Translations under genes and position numbers: made by a program | Part shown: in pieces, positions 11,549 to 23,583 of the stretch | How positions within the stretch are numbered: the stretch's first letter is position 1 | Layout: every line of letters starts with the position of its first letter | The notes under the pieces: generated by a model | Databases searched by the model: none | What the model saw: the letters and a program-made list of their open reading frames with translations, nothing else | Told to the model about the DNA's origin: nothing | From: Octopus bimaculoides | Taxonomy: Eukaryota | Assembly: GCF_001194135.2 (NCBI RefSeq) | Contig: NC_068986.1 | Location: 66,558,567-66,611,029, forward strand | Direction: 5' to 3' | DNA length: 52,463 nt

Positions 11549-12080
11549 GTATGTATATATATACATGTATGTCTGTTTATGTGTGTGTTGTGTATACATG
11601 CATATATATTATATATATGTATGTGTATCCTTCTCCTCTGTGTGTGTATGTGTATAAATTCATACACACACGCGCACGCGCGCACACACACACATATGCA
11701 ATTTCGCAGACAATGCACATACACTAACGCTGACACTCAAATCAACACGTACGTTCTTAGACAACATTTGTTCTGTGAGACAGACTTATAGGTACATACA
11801 ACTAACGACATACTCAATTAGAAATGTCCACATGTATCTAGTCGCACGCCCTTGTTTACACACACGCTACACACATACTCGCACGTGCACTTACCCATAT
11901 GGACAGAACAGACATTCTGTCTTACCTCTCTCTCCCACTGTCTTCACTCCTGTCTAACACCTTTTCTCTCGTTCTTTCTCTCTCGGTCTCAACCTCAATT
12001 TATAACAGACTTCTTGACTTTATGTTGTTGGACTGTCAAAAATGTAGTAGTAGTAGTAGTTACAGCAGCAGCAGCAGCTC

Positions 12081-12122
<42 letters not shown>

Positions 12123-12220
12123 CAGCAGCAGCTCTAGTAGTAGTAGTAGTAGTAGCAGCAGCAGCCGTAATAGTTGTAGCAACAGCAGCAGCAGTCGTAG
12201 CAGTAGTAGCAGCAACAGCT

Positions 12221-12272
<52 letters not shown>
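10414..12272. repeat. Cluster of compound microsatellites: (TCTA)n, (TCTG)n, (CA)n/(TA)n, (TTG/CTG)n, (TATG)n, (GTA/GCA)n; includes gap 11241-11354
   Basis: Direct reading of the sequence. Explains the low-complexity ORFs in this interval. Confidence 0.95.
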
Positions 12273-12273
<1 letters not shown>

Positions 12274-12429
12274 TACTGTTTAGCCGTAAATCAGCACTGA
12301 TTGAGTAGATGTGGCCAATGATGTTTCTGTTGTAACCATCCCGTTTTCAATCATCTTCGACATTGTTTTGATGAAGGTTTAACTGTTATTTGTTGCAGGT
12401 TGACCGACAATCGAGAACAATAGTTTATA

Positions 12430-12654
12430 TGACTCTTGGTGGTCCATATAAGGCTTTGATGAAATGTATATTCAATAAACTGGTCATACTTCCACAATGC
12501 ACAATATATTTTAACAATTTCTTGTGCAATTCCTAATAATATTTAATAATAAAAATATGATAGAATTTTTTTAAACATCAAATGGCTACGGGGATCTAGT
12601 AGAATAAAATAAGAATCAAAGGGGTCCATAGACAAAAAAATGGTTGAACCATTG
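12430..12654. mobile_element. Partial hAT/Charlie-type MITE (same family as 30946-31327)
   Basis: ...aaggggtccatagacaaaaaaatggttgaaccattg followed by atctagaa (NTCTAGAN). The internal sequence aligns with 31020-31327. Confidence 0.65.
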
Positions 12655-13639
12655 ATCTAGAAGCATTCTCATCAAGTCGAAAGGAGGCAGTACAAGGTTT
12701 GGGTATTACTGATTCTTTTAATACCTCATCACGTCCCCATTTTTATGGCTACTGCTGTTGATTTTCTTTAAAATGAAGTCCCTATCAAGTCAAAGACAAC
12801 CCCTAGTAGCTGTGTAGACAAAACAACAACAAGATTTTTCAGGAGAGATTATAGAAAAGTTGTCTTCTGTTGCGTTCTCTATACATTTAGGAGGACTTGA
12901 ATTCAACATTGTAGGTTTTTAAAAACGTTTTCTAACCCGTTCAGAATGTAGATCAGTGCTCATAAACCATTTCGGGACCACCAAAACTATGGGAGGGATG
13001 AAGGAACGTATCGTCAAACAAGAGATATGGGTCAAATGTTTGCGACAGAGTATACTCCTTTGCTAAAGGCATTCAAGGGTAAAATGGTGTTGCTGAACAA
13101 GGTGAGGGAGTAAATTCATCACCTAGCTAGGCTAAGCGGTATTTAAACTCAAAACGTAAAGATTTAGAACGAATATCGCAAAGCATCCCGTCCAATGCTC
13201 TTTCAATTCTGATAGTCCTAGACTTCTACTTTATTTTTTTTTGACCCCAGTAGGACGAAAGGTAGAGCTGACATTGACAGGAATGGAAATCAAAACACAA
13301 AGAGACATTTCATCCTCCGCTTTAACGACTCTGCCAAACGAAACAGTTGTTAATTATTTAGTGTTCACGCTGATTATAGCAGTAAGCTGGTATCGATTTA
13401 CACGTAAGTGAGTTAAGACCAGCGAGATTACACAGCATTTCTTGATGTTAACTTTCTAGACTCCATATTATTACAATATTTACCAGTACTATAACAGCAT
13501 ATCAGTCAAGTTCCAGACACGACACATCAGTTAAATTCCCGTTCCAGACACGACATATCAATTAGTTTTAATATTGATTTGAACTTAGAGCGTATTTCCC
13601 AACTGTTAACATTGATTTCGGTGAAGTGGCACAGGTTAC

Positions 13640-14050
13640 ACATTTTAAGAAAAGTTGATTAATTCAGAGGGATAAAAGGCGAAGTTGACCTCGGCAGATT
13701 TTCTATAAAAATTGATTTCTTTCCCAAGACCTCAAATTTGGGAGAAAGAAACAGTCGATTATATCGACCTCAGTGCTTTATTTTATCAACTTCAGAAGAA
13801 TGAAATACAAAGTTGGCCACATCATGAAATAAACTTAGAACGTAAAGGGCCGAAACAGTATTACAGGACAGTTTGTCCGGTTCCCTAATGATTTAGCCAA
13901 CCCACTGCCCTTACCAACTGTTAAAATTTTTTGTTTCAAGTTTTTTGGCTTTAAATTTTGGGATAAGGCCAGTAATTTTTAGAGGGGGAGTAAGTCAATT
14001 ACGTCAACCCCAGTGTTCAATTGGTAGTGAATTTATAGACCCAGAAAAGA
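13640..14050 (-). mobile_element. Degenerate family-1 SINE fragments (2-3 pieces)
   Basis: Reverse-strand matches to gtcgattatatcgacctcagtg, aaaggcgaagttgacctcggcagattt and taaggccagtaatttttagaggggg. Confidence 0.6.
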
Positions 14051-14099
14051 TGTCACACCACCATATTCCAAAACATAGGACTCCAGGTTGAACCAAGTC

Positions 14100-14520
14100 G
14101 ACCAAACATATACACTCATAAAAAATAAAAGACAATCCAAATCATTGAATACTGACAATACTGACAAAAGCCAAACTTCACACATTAACAAGACCAACAG
14201 TAGAGACACACGGAAGACCCAAATATGGCATATGTTTTAATCTGATTGTAGGATCAGAGATCCTTTTCAAATAAAAGCAACACTTCACAATAAAAGATGT
14301 GGAGAGAATTACATAGAACAAACTGATGATTCTGCTTAGGTCACAAAATGAAATACAGGAATACAGACAAATAGGACTCAGTGAACATATAGACATAAAT
14401 GCAGATAAGAAACAGCCAAAGTTTACGATTTTCTCTCATATCAATTTAGCGATTACATAATACAACAGCTCATCTACAAAGAAACAATTTCCACAACCAA
14501 ATACGTCCACTTCTAATTAA
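14100..14520 (+). mobile_element. Penelope-like element fragment (GIY-YIG endonuclease relic)
   Basis: FQIK...CGENYIEQT at about 14265-14324 (degenerate C..YIGQT), then IQEYRQIGLSEHIDINA and PKFTIF, typical of Penelope C-terminal endonucleases. Confidence 0.55.
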
Positions 14521-14759
14521 CTGTGGGAGAGAAAGCGTCCACAGATACTAGATAGACTAACACAACCACTACCACTACTACACCCACAAGTATTGCTGCA
14601 GCTGCTACGACTAATAGCCACTCCTTAGTAAGAAAGGAGAATTGTAATTGCTGGAACTGTTGTTACTACTACTACTATGATCCAGTAGCAATCGGAAAGA
14701 AACAAAATACCACAGGCGTGCTTCTGCTCTCTCTGCCTTTTCTACCGATACAGTAATGG

Positions 14760-16928
14760 CATTTGCTCCTCAGATCTGGCTGTGATGTCAGAGGTACAAG
14801 AGCATAGGAAACCTAGTTTCAATGTAGCTAGATTACAAGAAAGTCTTTGACTCTGTTCCCCACTCATGGATGTTAGAAGTCCTTCAACTTGCTAAAGTTC
14901 TAGTGAGAATAGTCAAAGCCATAGCTGACCTGATTTCATCGTGGGCCACCATCTTGAAATTAAACACAGAAGAGTGACTGTATTATCACTGATAGAATAC
15001 AATATGACAAAGACATATTCCAAGGAGACAACCTCTCCGTGGTCTTGTTTATACTTTCTGTAAACCCCTTGTTATTCATGTTAAGGTAGTCTGAAGAATA
15101 TCTCACTAGTTCACAAGGAAACAGAAATGCCAAAATTACACATTGTTTCTTAGTGGATGAGTTAAAACTTTATGCAAAGAATATGTATGAGATGAAGAAG
15201 ACCCTGACCTAGTTACAACATTTTCAAAGGATGTTGGGTTGGAGTTTGGTCAGGATAAATGTCGTTATATGGTCGTAAAAAGGGAGAAACTATAAACCAG
15301 ACTAGTAACATCTCCACCAATGATTTGACCATTTCCCCTGTATCTGACGAGGAATGTTACAAGTGTCTAGGGGTGGATGAAAATATATCTTACAATGGCA
15401 CCTGTAACAAAACAAACACACGTCACTAAAAAATATTACAGCCCAATAAAGAAAATTTGGAACTCAGTACTCTCAGTACTTTCAATAAAACAGTGGCCCA
15501 CAATGTGTTTGCAGTGTCAGTACTCATACCAACATTTGGGCTATTTGATCGGATGCTTGATGAGATCTGAGCTATTGATGTGAAAACCCGAAAAATACTA
15601 ACAATCACACATAATTTTCACATAAACAGTGAGGTAGACCGCCACTACCTAAAATGAAAACAAAGCGGCAGAGGCGTAACATCGATCCAAAATGCCTTTG
15701 AATGTCGCATCATATCCGTTCGGCAGCATCACTTAACCACCAAGTGTCGAAGTTCATCCCTTGACCAAGTTTGCATACATGAGGCTGATAACATCATAAG
15801 ACTTGGAAGGCAGCTCCTTGAGCAACACTCTTTGTCTGATAACCTAGAGTACATGCCCAAAGATGTCGTACGACTGTATCGCAACGTATCATCAGATGAA
15901 AGGATAAGCCTATATGAGCAGAAGATCATGCATGGATATGTTACTAGGAAGCTCCGTGATGATAGTAACATCGATCATCAAAGCAGTTTATCATGGACCA
16001 GTAACCGGATTACTACCTCCCACTATAAAGGGTATGCGTTTGCAATCCAGGAACAGGAAATATTAACCAAGTACCTGATGCACAAAAGAATAGAGATGCG
16101 GGAAAAGCTGTAAAATGTAACAACCGAGGCAGACTTTGTGGAGTTCACACTGAAGATATCACCCACATCATAAGCAGTTGTCCGAAAATGTCATCGCAGT
16201 ATTATCTGCCGATGAGACATGACGTTGTAGCTAGGACACTATAATGAAATTCGCCGGAATTCGTTCTACCATATTGGGGGTTCTTGTTTCTTTGTCCTCG
16301 GGACAAAGAAACAAGAACCCCCAATATGGTAGAAGTCATAGCCACTCATAATAAAAAGGAATACTGGTGGAATGTACCAATGAAGACCTCAGTAAAATGT
16401 AAGCATAACAGACCTGATATAATGATTTGGGATAGATAAGAGAAACTGTGCACAGTTGTGGAAATTAGTTGCCCAGGGGATGTTAACATAAAGCTGAAGA
16501 TCAGTGAAAAAGAGAACACCTATGCTGAACTGTTGAGAAATCTGCAGTTACTCTATTCAGATTACAAGTTCAGGTTTATACCTGTAATTATTGGGGCCCT
16601 GGGATATGTAACACACTGCCTAAATACCAATCTTGAGAAATTAGGCTTCTGAAAACCAGAAAGGAGAAAGCTAATTCGAAGACTTCACATCCAATCCATC
16701 ACTGGAACTGTAAAAATCTGTAAAACTTTTGAGAAGTTTATCCTTTAAATATATACGAGCATGTCTAGATATTCAACTATATGCATGAGAATATATACAT
16801 AAAATATACAAATCTGCATATCCATCCATCCATCTAAGCAAAAATACCTTGTTCATGTTGAGTCTTGGATCTAGGTTAGAAACCGGCTCTTTCTCTATTG
16901 GCAAGAAATCTTGAAATAAAACTGAAAA
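14760..16928 (+). mobile_element. R4/Dong-like retrotransposon, RT + CCHC + RLE + 3' UTR (copy 4), pseudogenised
   Basis: DYKKVFDSVPHSW at 14831; IFQGDNLS at about 15021; LVDELKLYA (YxDD-like) at about 15150; GLEFGQDKC; YKCLG; RLCGVHTEDITHIISSC; RPDIMIWD..VVEISCP; FIPVIIGALG; stop at 16746-16748. Confidence 0.92.
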
Positions 16929-17552
16929 CACACAGGTGTGTGTGTTTACCTGTTAAACGCATTTTCTTATACACGATAACTTCGAAGACAGGCGGACTAG
17001 TTTCAATAGAACGGTAAGCCAGCTTAGAACAATGTCAGTGAACTGCTAACGCAGCAGTAGTTTATATATTTGTTTTGTAACAATTTTTAATATACCTTTA
17101 CAGATCTTGTATAGAGCCCTTAGCCTATACCTTGTTTGTATGTCACTACGTATTTTTGCCTTGCAGTATTTCTTCTGGTTCTCTACGTTCTGAGTTCAAA
17201 TTCTACTGATGTCAAATTTACCTTTCATCCTTCTCTGAATCGATAAAATAAAACACCAGCTAAGTGGTAGGATCGATATAATTGATTGTTACCCTTCGCA
17301 CAAATTATGTTTAGGGAAGGAGTTATGAGCGTTATTAAGCAAGAGAAATAAAATAGTTAGATTTCTTCCGGTTATTTACATTTTCAGTTCAAGTCTCGCG
17401 ATGGTTAACTTTGTCTTTTATCCCTCTGGGGTCGACCCTAAAAATTATTTGCCATGTGTCTAAACAAGAAACAGGTATGAAGTAAGCAGGCGAACTGGCA
17501 AAATCGTCAGCACGCCGGACAAAAATGTTTAGCGGCATTTCGTCCGTCTTTA

Positions 17553-18492
17553 GGATCTAGTTCAAAACGGGGGCACCAGTTTTCATTTATGTTTTATGTA
17601 GTGTTTTTGGTACCGAAAGACTTTCAAACTTCGTATACTTATCTATTTTGTGTTATAGAACAGAAAAAAAATTTTGTATTCGAAGTTATTTCATGTAAAA
17701 AATTGTCTTATTTCGATAATTTCAACCAATCACTGACAAGTATTCAGCTGTTTACAGTTACTCCTTTGGCAGTTTAAGCGGTGTAAAGCGTATTTAATCT
17801 CCATTACTTCTGACNNNNNNNNNNNNNNNNNNNNNNNNNNNNNNNNNNNNNNNNNNNNNNNNNNNNNNNNNNNNNNNNNNNNNNNNNNNNNNNNNNNNNN
17901 NNNNNNNNNNNNNNNNNNNNNNNNNNNNNNNNNNNNNNNNNNNNNNNNNNNNNNNNNNNNNNNNNNNNNNNNNNNNNNNNNNNNNNNNNNNNNNNNNNNN
18001 NNNNNNNNNNNNNNNNNNNNNNNNNNNNNNNNNNNNNNNNNNNNNNNNNNNNNNNNNNNNNNNNNNNNNNNNNNNNNNNNNNNNNNNNNNNNNNNNNNNN
18101 NNNNNNNNNNNNNNNNNNNNTAACCCTAACCCTAACCCTAATTGACTTGCTCCTTCCCTAAAAAACCAGGCCTTGTGCCTATAATAGAAAGGTTTATTAG
18201 CTACTGCCAATATGCTTCAGCCATTTTTTGACAAGGAAATAATAATTTTATCACCGCCAGAATCGTTTGAGAATCGTTTGTTTACGTAGTCAGCACTTAC
18301 TGTATTCGGCTGAATGGACGTCAGTCATTGGTTGAAATTACAGAACTTTAACATGAAATAAGTTGCAATATAATAATTTTTCTTAAGAAGACTAAGAGAA
18401 AAAGATGTTTTATATGACACATTCTACCAGTGTCCCAAGTTTCAAAGTGCTTCGTTAAGGAAATACTGGCGCCCCCGTTTTGAACTAGATCC
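17553..18492. mobile_element. Non-autonomous TIR transposon with 28-bp TIR and 8-bp TSD (CGTCTTTA); contains an assembly gap
   Basis: GGATCTAGTTCAAAACGGGGGCACCAGT ... ACTGGCGCCCCCGTTTTGAACTAGATCC (1 mismatch). TSD at 17545-17552 and 18493-18500. Long imperfect internal inverted arms. Confidence 0.9.
18121..18140 (-). repeat. Interstitial (TTAGGG)n telomere-type repeat at the gap edge
   Basis: taaccctaaccctaacccta immediately after the N run 17815-18120. Confidence 0.7.
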
Positions 18493-18906
18493 CGTCTTTA
18501 CGTTCTTAGTTCAAATTACGCAATGATCGACTTTGCCTTTCATCCTTTCGGGGTCGATAAAATAAGTACCAGTAAAGCACCGGGGTCGATGTAATCGACT
18601 TACACCTTCCTACAAAATTTCAGGCCTTGTGTCTAAAGTATAAAGGATTATGATGATGACTACGAAGGAAAGTGAAATAGCAGAAGCAGTAGAGCGTTTG
18701 GTAAAGTACTTTGCAGTTTTGGTTGAATTTCTTTACCTTTTCGAGTTCAAACCCCACTAAGGCCAGCTCAGACTTTCAATTAAATAAACACTAGTCATAT
18801 ACTAGATTGATAGATTTTAAACTATATTCTTCCTCAGAATGTGTAGTCTCTTGCCTGTAATAAAAAATCATTATCATTAGTGCTATTTTTATTATTATTA
18901 TTATTA

Positions 18907-19192
18907 AGACGTTGAGCTGGCAGAATCGTTAGCAAGCCGAACAAAATGCTTAACAGATTTCGTGCGTTTTTGCGTTCTGAGTTCAAATTCCACCAAAGCC
19001 GACTTTGCTTTTCATCCTTTCAGGGATGATAAAATGTAATCGATTTACCCCCTCTTAAAAACTGTTGACCCTGTGTCAAAATTTGAAATTATCCTTTTTC
19101 TTCTTCTTCTAAAATAAATACCAGTTGAGCACTGGGTCGATGCAATCGACTTACCTCATCACACTCGTCGGCCTTGTACCAAAATTTGACAC

Positions 19193-19195
<3 letters not shown>
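18907..19195 (+). mobile_element. Family-1 SINE plus a second 3' fragment, ending in a (TTA)n(TTG)n tail
   Basis: gagctggcagaatcgttagc...gagttcaaattcc; second piece accagttgagcactgggtcgatgcaatcgac. Confidence 0.85.
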
Positions 19196-19235
<40 letters not shown>

Positions 19236-20084
19236 GTTGTTGTTGTTGTTGTTGTTGTTTTTATTAACACTATATCATTACTGTTGTCAATATACCTGTC
19301 ATCAATCCTTTAAGCACTTTATGAGATTTTTCTAATGAATTTCTATTATTTATTGCTTTTGTGAAACATGTTGATATTTGTACTAAGAAGGATGATTACT
19401 CTCATTGCAGGGAGGAATTCTGACTTCATATCTTTTAAGTATAATAAACTGTTTGCAGGTAAAGAAATCATCACCAAAAAGTCAGTAAAGAAAAAACAAA
19501 AAACAAAACAAAAAAAAAAAACACAATAGGAAAACGTCGAAATCACATGACTGCTTCGAGTTATTAAATTTTACATGGAACAGGACGCCAGCGGCAAATT
19601 TTCCCATTAATTGGTGGGGGAGAAACCGAAAAAGCTGATGCTTTGAGTGTCTTGTGAGATTTTGTATTGGTGTCGGTTAGCGAAATTGAATTTCCCTGAC
19701 TGTCGCATTAAACACTGAATATCTTAAAGCTTTCAATAAAATTCATTAATTGTCGTTTAAGCATTGCATCGAGTTTTTAATGGCAGTCATAATTCCATAT
19801 AACAGCAGTGTGCCATCCAATCAATGCTAACTCGATATGATCGATCATAAAGCATTTATGTAATAAGTTGGCTTTGCTAAGCAAATCAGCAAGTAAGAAG
19901 CGATTGAATTAATTAGTCTGGATATCTTGAAAGTGTGTGAGTGAGGTGAAGGCAGTCGTTATTTGTTTCCGCACGTTGCCTCTGGTAATTGTTATAATCT
20001 TTAGAAAGGTGTTTCAAAGATATTAGACAGTAGTAGATCGAGATGACACGCCGTCATATATCACTTTTATTTACGGCAATGATC

Positions 20085-20115
<31 letters not shown>

Positions 20116-20222
20116 TGTATGTATGTATGTATGTATGTATGTATGTATGTATGTATGCATGCATGTATGTGTGTGTGTATATGTGTGTGCGTGCGTATGT
20201 ATACGATCAGACAAGCTATTAA

Positions 20223-20541
20223 GGCGCGTGGATTAGTGGTTAGGGTATTCGGCTCACGATCGTAAAGTCGCCAGTTCGATTCTCGGCGGCGTGTTGTGCC
20301 ACCGAGTAAGACATTTTATTTCACGTTGCTTCAGTTCACTCAACTGGCAAAAATGAATAGTACCTCTATTTTAAAGGGCCAGCTTTGTCACGCTATGTGT
20401 CACACTGAATCTCCTTGAGGACTACATTAAGGGTACGCGTGTTTATGCAATGCTCAGCCACTTCCACGTTAATTTCACGAGCTGGTTGTTCCGTTGATCG
20501 GATCAACTGGAGCCCTCGCCGTCGTAGCCGACAGAGTGCCA
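20223..20541 (+). mobile_element. tRNA-derived SINE family 2, full length
   Basis: A-box-like TGGATTAGTGG (20229-20239), B-box-like AGTTCGATTCT (20273-20283), central domain tttatttcacgttgcttcagttcactcaactg, and 3' tail ending ccgacagagtgcca. (TATG)n tracts lie on both sides. Confidence 0.85.
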
Positions 20542-20542
20542 C

Positions 20543-20573
<31 letters not shown>

Positions 20574-21104
20574 TGTATGTATGTATGTATGTATTTTTAC
20601 GGAAATGTACTTGCAGGGCAATTGTTTTAATCAGATCGTGTATTGAAACTAAAACGATTATATTGTGTAAGATACAGTCATTCAGAGACATGTCAAGATC
20701 GGTAACTTCACTTGCCGTATATACTCGACTATAAGACGCTGGTAATCAACATGGCCTCTTCCCCAAAGCTGTTGGCCTTGTATCAAAATTTGAAGCCAAT
20801 GTATAATATATGCATAGAATATATATAATAATAATATATATTACATATATATTATATATATGTATTCATACATATATACACATATTCATTTACAAAAACA
20901 CACCTATGTATATATACGCACACGTATGAACATATATATATGCATACATCATGAGAGAGAATGAGAATTTTAATATATTTTCATAAATGCATTTCGTATA
21001 TTGTAGAAAGCTTTGTAAGCTATGCAGTACCACAATCTGTTTGAGTGGTTCCTTGATATACTACAAACAAAAGTCGAAGCTCACTGTAAGAGCAGGCGCG
21101 CGCG

Positions 21105-21147
<43 letters not shown>

Positions 21148-21516
21148 ACACACACAGACACACACACACGAGATGCGAATGTAGCATAAATAAGAAACGC
21201 GAATACTGAATACAAGACTGACAGAGGTCAATTAAGTACATGATACAAAAATGTATGAATATATATAATCAGCGCAATGTAAAATTTACGTTTAATATAG
21301 TCAGCGTTTTACAATACATGTAATATATTTATACATCAGAATGCATTATAGTTGATTATATATGCGTAATGAAACTCTACCCATCTGCTATTGAGCGCTC
21401 TCGTTTCTTACATATGCTATGTTCATGCTTGTTACATATAATATAGTGTTAAAGTTGCATTCAAAAGGTTTACACAGATGGAGACAGATACAAATGCATT
21501 TCTTCACAATGTTCGG

Positions 21517-21598
<82 letters not shown>

Positions 21599-21606
21599 TC
21601 ATCTAT
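21105..21606. repeat. (CA)n (21105-21168) and (TCTA)n (21518-21606) microsatellites
   Basis: Direct reading. Confidence 0.95.
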
Positions 21607-22029
21607 CCAATCTCTTTGTTTGTCCAACCATTCGTCTAACTTACTAGTCTAGTCTATTCCTTGCAAGTATTTAGTTGCTGGAAGTAGACTAGAAAAAGAT
21701 ATGCTTAAAACAGCTAAACATTTTTAATGATTATCAATGTTTTTAACGAAAAACAAAATATAAGCTGCTTTGTTGCTGGGAAAAATTAACAAATATATAA
21801 AAAAAATGTCCGAGAGTACTCTGCGTAGGTGAAGCAGGATTTACGGTCGTAATTCTGATTTCATTGTTTTCTTTTGTTCCGTAGAAAGTTGGTGATTCCT
21901 CATTTGTTGTATTTTCTGTCTTTAAAGTGTCACCTATGTCAGCATAAGATTGTGGCTAACAGCTTGGAGAGGATTGGGCGCTATCAAGCTAACTTGACTA
22001 TGATACATTCATGATGATGACAACCAGAC

Positions 22030-22220
22030 CAGAAACCATACCAGATCCGTCGGCGTTTAGGTCAACATCAAAGAGCAGATAGGCCTCAGTTTCACTGACT
22101 CGCAGAGGGCGGCAGAAGACCGAGAGAAGGGGCGAAATCTGGTTGCGATATCACCAATGAATACTCCAACAACTATACGATCAAGGGATAGGAAGGAAGG
22201 AAGGAAGGAAGGAAGGAAGG
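22030..22220 (+). mobile_element. RTE/RTE-X-type LINE extreme 3' end with (GGAA)n tail
   Basis: 22064 onward translates NIKEQIGLSFTDSQRAAEDREKGRNLVAIS (AxDRxxWR-type C-terminal motif), then ...aagggatag and (GGAA)n. Confidence 0.6.
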
Positions 22221-22775
22221 ACGGAAAGAAGGTAAAAAGGAATGGAGGTATCTCGTGTAAGAGATGATGGTACTGCTGTATAGCTGTTAAGCTGGTCAAT
22301 GTCCCTCATTACTAGAAATTGCTGTATGGTAGTTAGTGCTGAAATTTCTGAATAAAGTGAAGCAGTATCAGAGGTAAAAATGTAGTTTGTGATGCTATGT
22401 TGTGTCATAAAACTGAGTTTTAAAGTGTGGAATACTGTCGACGGAATCGATAGACCATCAAAAGAGGTAGCCTAAAAAAATCCAGCCTACTGGATATGGT
22501 GGTGTACTTAATGTGGCCGTAATAATAGAAGTCGGAAAACAGATTAAAATTTTCGTAGTTGTTATCGTAAACAAAGCTGTACAACGATGTAGGAAATCGT
22601 TAATGAATTTCAAACAACAAATTGCTTAATGAAGGAAAAAAATATGTACACACTTGCTGCACCCTTGAAATAGAGCAAAAAACAAAAATACAATAGCAAA
22701 AAATAACCCCAGAAAGCAAAACAAAACAAAACAACTCTTGAATCAGAACGTCTTTAATCAGGGAACGTAGTTGCT

Positions 22776-22806
<31 letters not shown>

Positions 22807-23160
22807 AATAAATAACGGTTTGTTTAGGAATTCATTGTCGCTAATTGCTGATTCGTAACTCAGTGTTACCTATCGTAGAAAATTGAATGGATAGTTCGTA
22901 GGGTAATAACTATAATGAATTATATGCAAATTTTTCTGACTGCCCTACATCCCAATAGAAAACAGGTCACATCCGATCTCGTCGGTATCATAATTCAATA
23001 AATATCTAGACTGCGCGTTCTTTGTGAATACATAACAATAAACATAATACATTTCAGACATAGAAATCTATAGAATTTTCAACATCAGTCAAGGCAAAGT
23101 TTCCATAAATGCGTTGTGCGAATGCAAATTGATATTTTGTAATGTTAATACATATACTAA

Positions 23161-23583
23161 AGGCGGCGAACTGGTAGAATTGTTAGCATGCCGGGCAAAA
23201 TGCTTATCGGCATTTCATCCGTCTTTACGTTCTGAGTTCAAATTCCGCCAAGGACGACTTTATCTTTCATCCTCTAGGAGTCGATAAAATAAGTACCATT
23301 TGAACACTGGGGTAATTGACTTACCCCTCTCCCGAACTTACTGGCCTTGTGCCAAAAATTTGAATCCAATATATATAAAGTGCATTAAGGCGGCGAGCCG
23401 GCAGAATCGTTAACATGTCGGACACAGTACTTAGCGGCATTTCGTCCGTTTTTATGTTCTGAGTTCAAATTCCGCTGAGGTCGACTTTTTTCCGAACCGA
23501 TAAAATAAGTACCAGTTGAACTCTGAGATTCGATGTAATCGATTTACAGAAATTGCTGGCATTGTTCCAAAAATTGAAATCAA
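23161..23583 (+). mobile_element. Two head-to-tail family-1 SINEs (23161-23372, 23387-23583)
   Basis: Both start aggcggcga.c(t/c)gg(t/c)agaat and end with tgtgcc/ttgttcc aaaa..tgaa tails. Confidence 0.9.

Larger units (their letters stand above)
17488..18650 (+). mobile_element. Family-1 SINE split in two (17488-17552 and 18493-18650) by a TIR element
   Basis: The left half ends ...ttcgtccgtcttta and the right half resumes cgtctttacgttc..., restoring the SINE consensus with an 8-bp duplication. Confidence 0.9.

Noticed and set aside
20223-20290. tRNA-like sequence with A and B boxes
   Set aside because: It continues into a SINE body and lacks a proper acceptor stem, so it is called as a SINE head rather than a tRNA gene.
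21649-21692. Imperfect hairpin ending in CTAG (possible Helitron 3' end)
   Set aside because: The hairpin includes the CTAG rather than lying upstream of it, and no Helitron 5' end or coding relic is nearby.
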